Under the pieces are notes generated by a model. The model was not told the DNA's origin and searched no databases. It saw only the letters and a list, made by a program, of their open reading frames with translations. DNA of 35,916 nt, taken from positions 7,445 through 43,360 of the forward strand of contig MHDE01000007.1 of the NCBI GenBank assembly GCA_001803465.1, in the 5' to 3' direction. This DNA comes from Microgenomates group bacterium RIFCSPHIGHO2_01_FULL_45_11 (GTDB lineage Bacteria; Patescibacteriota; Microgenomatia; UBA1400; 2-01-FULL-45-11). The translations under genes and the position numbers were made by a program. Every line of letters starts with the position of its first letter. Within the stretch, counting starts at the first letter, position 1. Below are positions 34,286 to 35,916 of the stretch, piece after piece.

Positions 34286-34789
34286 TCACGGCTCGCCTAA
34301 ACAAACTCTCGTGCCAGGACCAGCCAGAGTAGCGGGAAGGTAACTAATGCCATATTCTCTACCTGCTGTCGTACAGGTACCGGCAGCACAGCCGGAAGCG
34401 GGACAGCCGTAGGTGTACACATAAGTACCGCCGACTGGGTCTTGGACACTATTGGTAAGATAGGTAGCGCCTACTGCAGTTTGCATATTGCCACTGACGC
34501 TGACGTTGGGATAAGTACCGTTGTCAGAACGATAAATTTCCAGGGCGGTTCTGACTTGTTGGATGTCGGCTTCACGACGGGCGTTTTGGGCGCGAATGCG
34601 GGTGGTACGGTAACTAACGGTAGCAATAGCCAAAAGGACGCCAATCATGGCCATGACAATGAGCATTTCAATGAGGGTAAAGCCCTTCGATAAGCTGCCT
34701 CCTTCGCCGAGACTACGAAAGGCAGGCAGGGTAACCCTACGAGACAGAGAGAATGGGAGGGTTGAGGATTTTAATGAGGAAAGTTTCAT
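34286..34789 (-). CDS. Type IV pilin (GspG-like)
   Basis: KG|FTLIEMLIV, ARREADI...ALEIYRSDNGTYP. Confidence 0.88.
   Translation of the reverse strand: MKLSSLKSSTLPFSLSRRVTLPAFRSLGEGGSLSKGFTLIEMLIVMAMIGVLLAIATVSYRTTRIRAQNARREADIQQVRTALEIYRSDNGTYPNVSVSGNMQTAVGATYLTNSVQDPVGGTYVYTYGCPASGCAAGTCTTAGREYGISYLPATLAGPGTRVCLGEP
34682..34736. repeat. Nested REP-like element inside the pilin leader-coding region
   Basis: GCCCTTCGATAAGCT[GCCTCCTTCGCCGAGACTACGAAAGGCAGG]CAGGGTAACC; the inner insert is 30 nt. Confidence 0.7.
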
Positions 34790-34795
34790 ATATTC

Positions 34796-35215
34796 CTATT
34801 GCTGATTGCTAACGCAAAAATAGTTGCCGGTACCATAGGCACAGCTGTTGTTGGTGGCGTTGCCGCTGCCCGTTTCTTCCAGCTGCTGGGTGCAGACACA
34901 ATATAGATCGGAGTTACAGGCGAAAACATAGGTGGTGCCGCGCGGGTCTTTGGGCTGGCCGTTGGGTAGATAGGTGGTGGTTGACCACAAGTCCGAACAG
35001 GTTCCCGGCGGATTGGGAGGATAAGCATTATTGGCAGCGTAGTATTGTTCGAGGGCTTTCTGAACCTGTTTTAAGTCCGCCCGGCGGCGGGCATCGCGGG
35101 CGCGGGGAGTTTGGTTGGCGAAAATGGACATAACGGCAATTGTTAAAGTGGCGATGAGGGTAATGACGACAATGATTTCAACTAAAGTGAAACCTTGTTT
35201 TTTGGACAGTTGCAT
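34796..35215 (-). CDS. Type IV pilin (GspG-like)
   Basis: QG|FTLVEII, ARDARRRADL...ALEQYY...YP...PKDP. Likely start MQLSKK at 35215. Confidence 0.88.
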   Translation of the reverse strand: MQLSKKQGFTLVEIIVVITLIATLTIAVMSIFANQTPRARDARRRADLKQVQKALEQYYAANNAYPPNPPGTCSDLWSTTTYLPNGQPKDPRGTTYVFACNSDLYCVCTQQLEETGSGNATNNSCAYGTGNYFCVSNQQ

Positions 35216-35260
35216 TATTTTGAGTATGGCAAGAATTGGTAGCGGCGTCAAGGGCAAGGG

Positions 35261-35330
35261 TAGGGTATAGAGTGTAGGTTATAGGTTATAGGGTATAGGG
35301 CATAGAGGATAGCTGATAGTGGATAGAGAA
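35261..35330. repeat. Degenerate heptamer array (TAGnnnR x10)
   Basis: TAGGGTA TAGAGTG TAGGTTA TAGGTTA TAGGGTA TAGGGCA TAGAGGA TAGCTGA TAGTGGA TAGAGAA. Confidence 0.8.
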
Positions 35331-35364
35331 GGATGAATAATAGCGTGATTGGGATACCAAAGAC

Positions 35365-35916
35365 TTAAGGGGAAGGGGAGACAAATTGGGTGAGGAAAAC
35401 CTGGCTAAAGCGGGTTTCGGCCAGTTTCAAACCAGTAGTATCTTCGGCGGTGAGCTTGACAATATAGGCACACTCTTTCTGACCACACTGGAAGCGGTGG
35501 CTGACAATGCTAGCAGACATAGTACTCACCAGGTTTTGGCCGTCGCCAAAGTCGAGACTGACTGATTGTAAGGGGCTATCGTAATCAACCACCGAATAGC
35601 CAAATTCAACGTCGCTGGCTTGGCCGCTGACTTCCAGCTGGCGGGTTTTGGGATTCAAGCCGGGCTGGGTATTTAAGTACAAAAGAATGGGTCTATTGAG
35701 ACAGGTGCGATAACAATCGCTTTTACAGTCGGTCACGCCTTGGCTTAAGCGTTTACCCCGGCCGGCCTGAAATTTGGCGTCGCAACACTGATAACCCCAG
35801 CCTTCACAGGTAGCTTGGGCCTGGCCGCTACCCGGGTCAATAGCTTCGGCCGGCTTTTGAAAAGCAAGGCTAAAGTTGGATAGAATCAGGCGACCGTGAC
35901 TGTATTCCACTGACCG
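35365..35916 (-). CDS. C-terminal part of an extracellular protein with a Cys-rich segment and a PKD-like domain
   Basis: CEGWGYQCC...DCKSDC and LDFGDG motifs. The gene probably begins beyond the right edge. Confidence 0.65.
   Translation of the reverse strand, partial: RSVEYSHGRLILSNFSLAFQKPAEAIDPGSGQAQATCEGWGYQCCDAKFQAGRGKRLSQGVTDCKSDCYRTCLNRPILLYLNTQPGLNPKTRQLEVSGQASDVEFGYSVVDYDSPLQSVSLDFGDGQNLVSTMSASIVSHRFQCGQKECAYIVKLTAEDTTGLKLAETRFSQVFLTQFVSPSP

Noticed and set aside
11431-35028. Numerous short antisense or alternate-frame ORFs inside housekeeping and pilus genes
   Set aside because: They are fully nested in confidently identified genes and have no recognisable motifs.
1-35916. Prophage, integrase, transposase, DGR or recoded genetic code
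   Set aside because: No such proteins were recognised, and conserved genes translate full length under code 11 with TGA used as a stop.

Overview
This window is bacterial chromosome, most consistent with a CPR/Patescibacteria (Microgenomates-like) organism. That placement is an inference from the short ThrS/PheT/trigger factor, tRNAs without encoded CCA, tRNA-Arg(TCG), a degenerate ACP and the PilM/N/O plus multi-pilin locus. From left to right it holds: the glgA 3' end; an AT-rich accessory stretch around tRNA-Lys/tRNA-Arg (MazG-like, APH-family kinase, GIY-YIG, hypotheticals); glycoside hydrolases; a structured non-coding region with tRNA-Leu; tig, tRNA-Val and dcd; thrS-infC-rpmI-rplT-pheS-pheT; a class A PBP; dtd-tyrS-recG-rpmF-nusB-acpP-rnc-rpsP-khpA; and a type IV pilus cluster. 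The most notable signals are non-coding. (1) A compact transcriptional T-box-like leader with an ultrashort stem I (Thr codon ACC in the apical loop) lies upstream of a small gene and thrS. (2) A complete PheM-like leader-peptide attenuator lies before pheST. (3) Nested short hairpin repeats (CCCTTCGA...CAGGGYAA) are inserted into a candidate ncRNA, an intergenic region and, in frame, a pilin leader peptide. (4) Two candidate structured RNAs and an internally deleted tRNA surround tRNA-Leu. All calls were made by eye, with no database searches.
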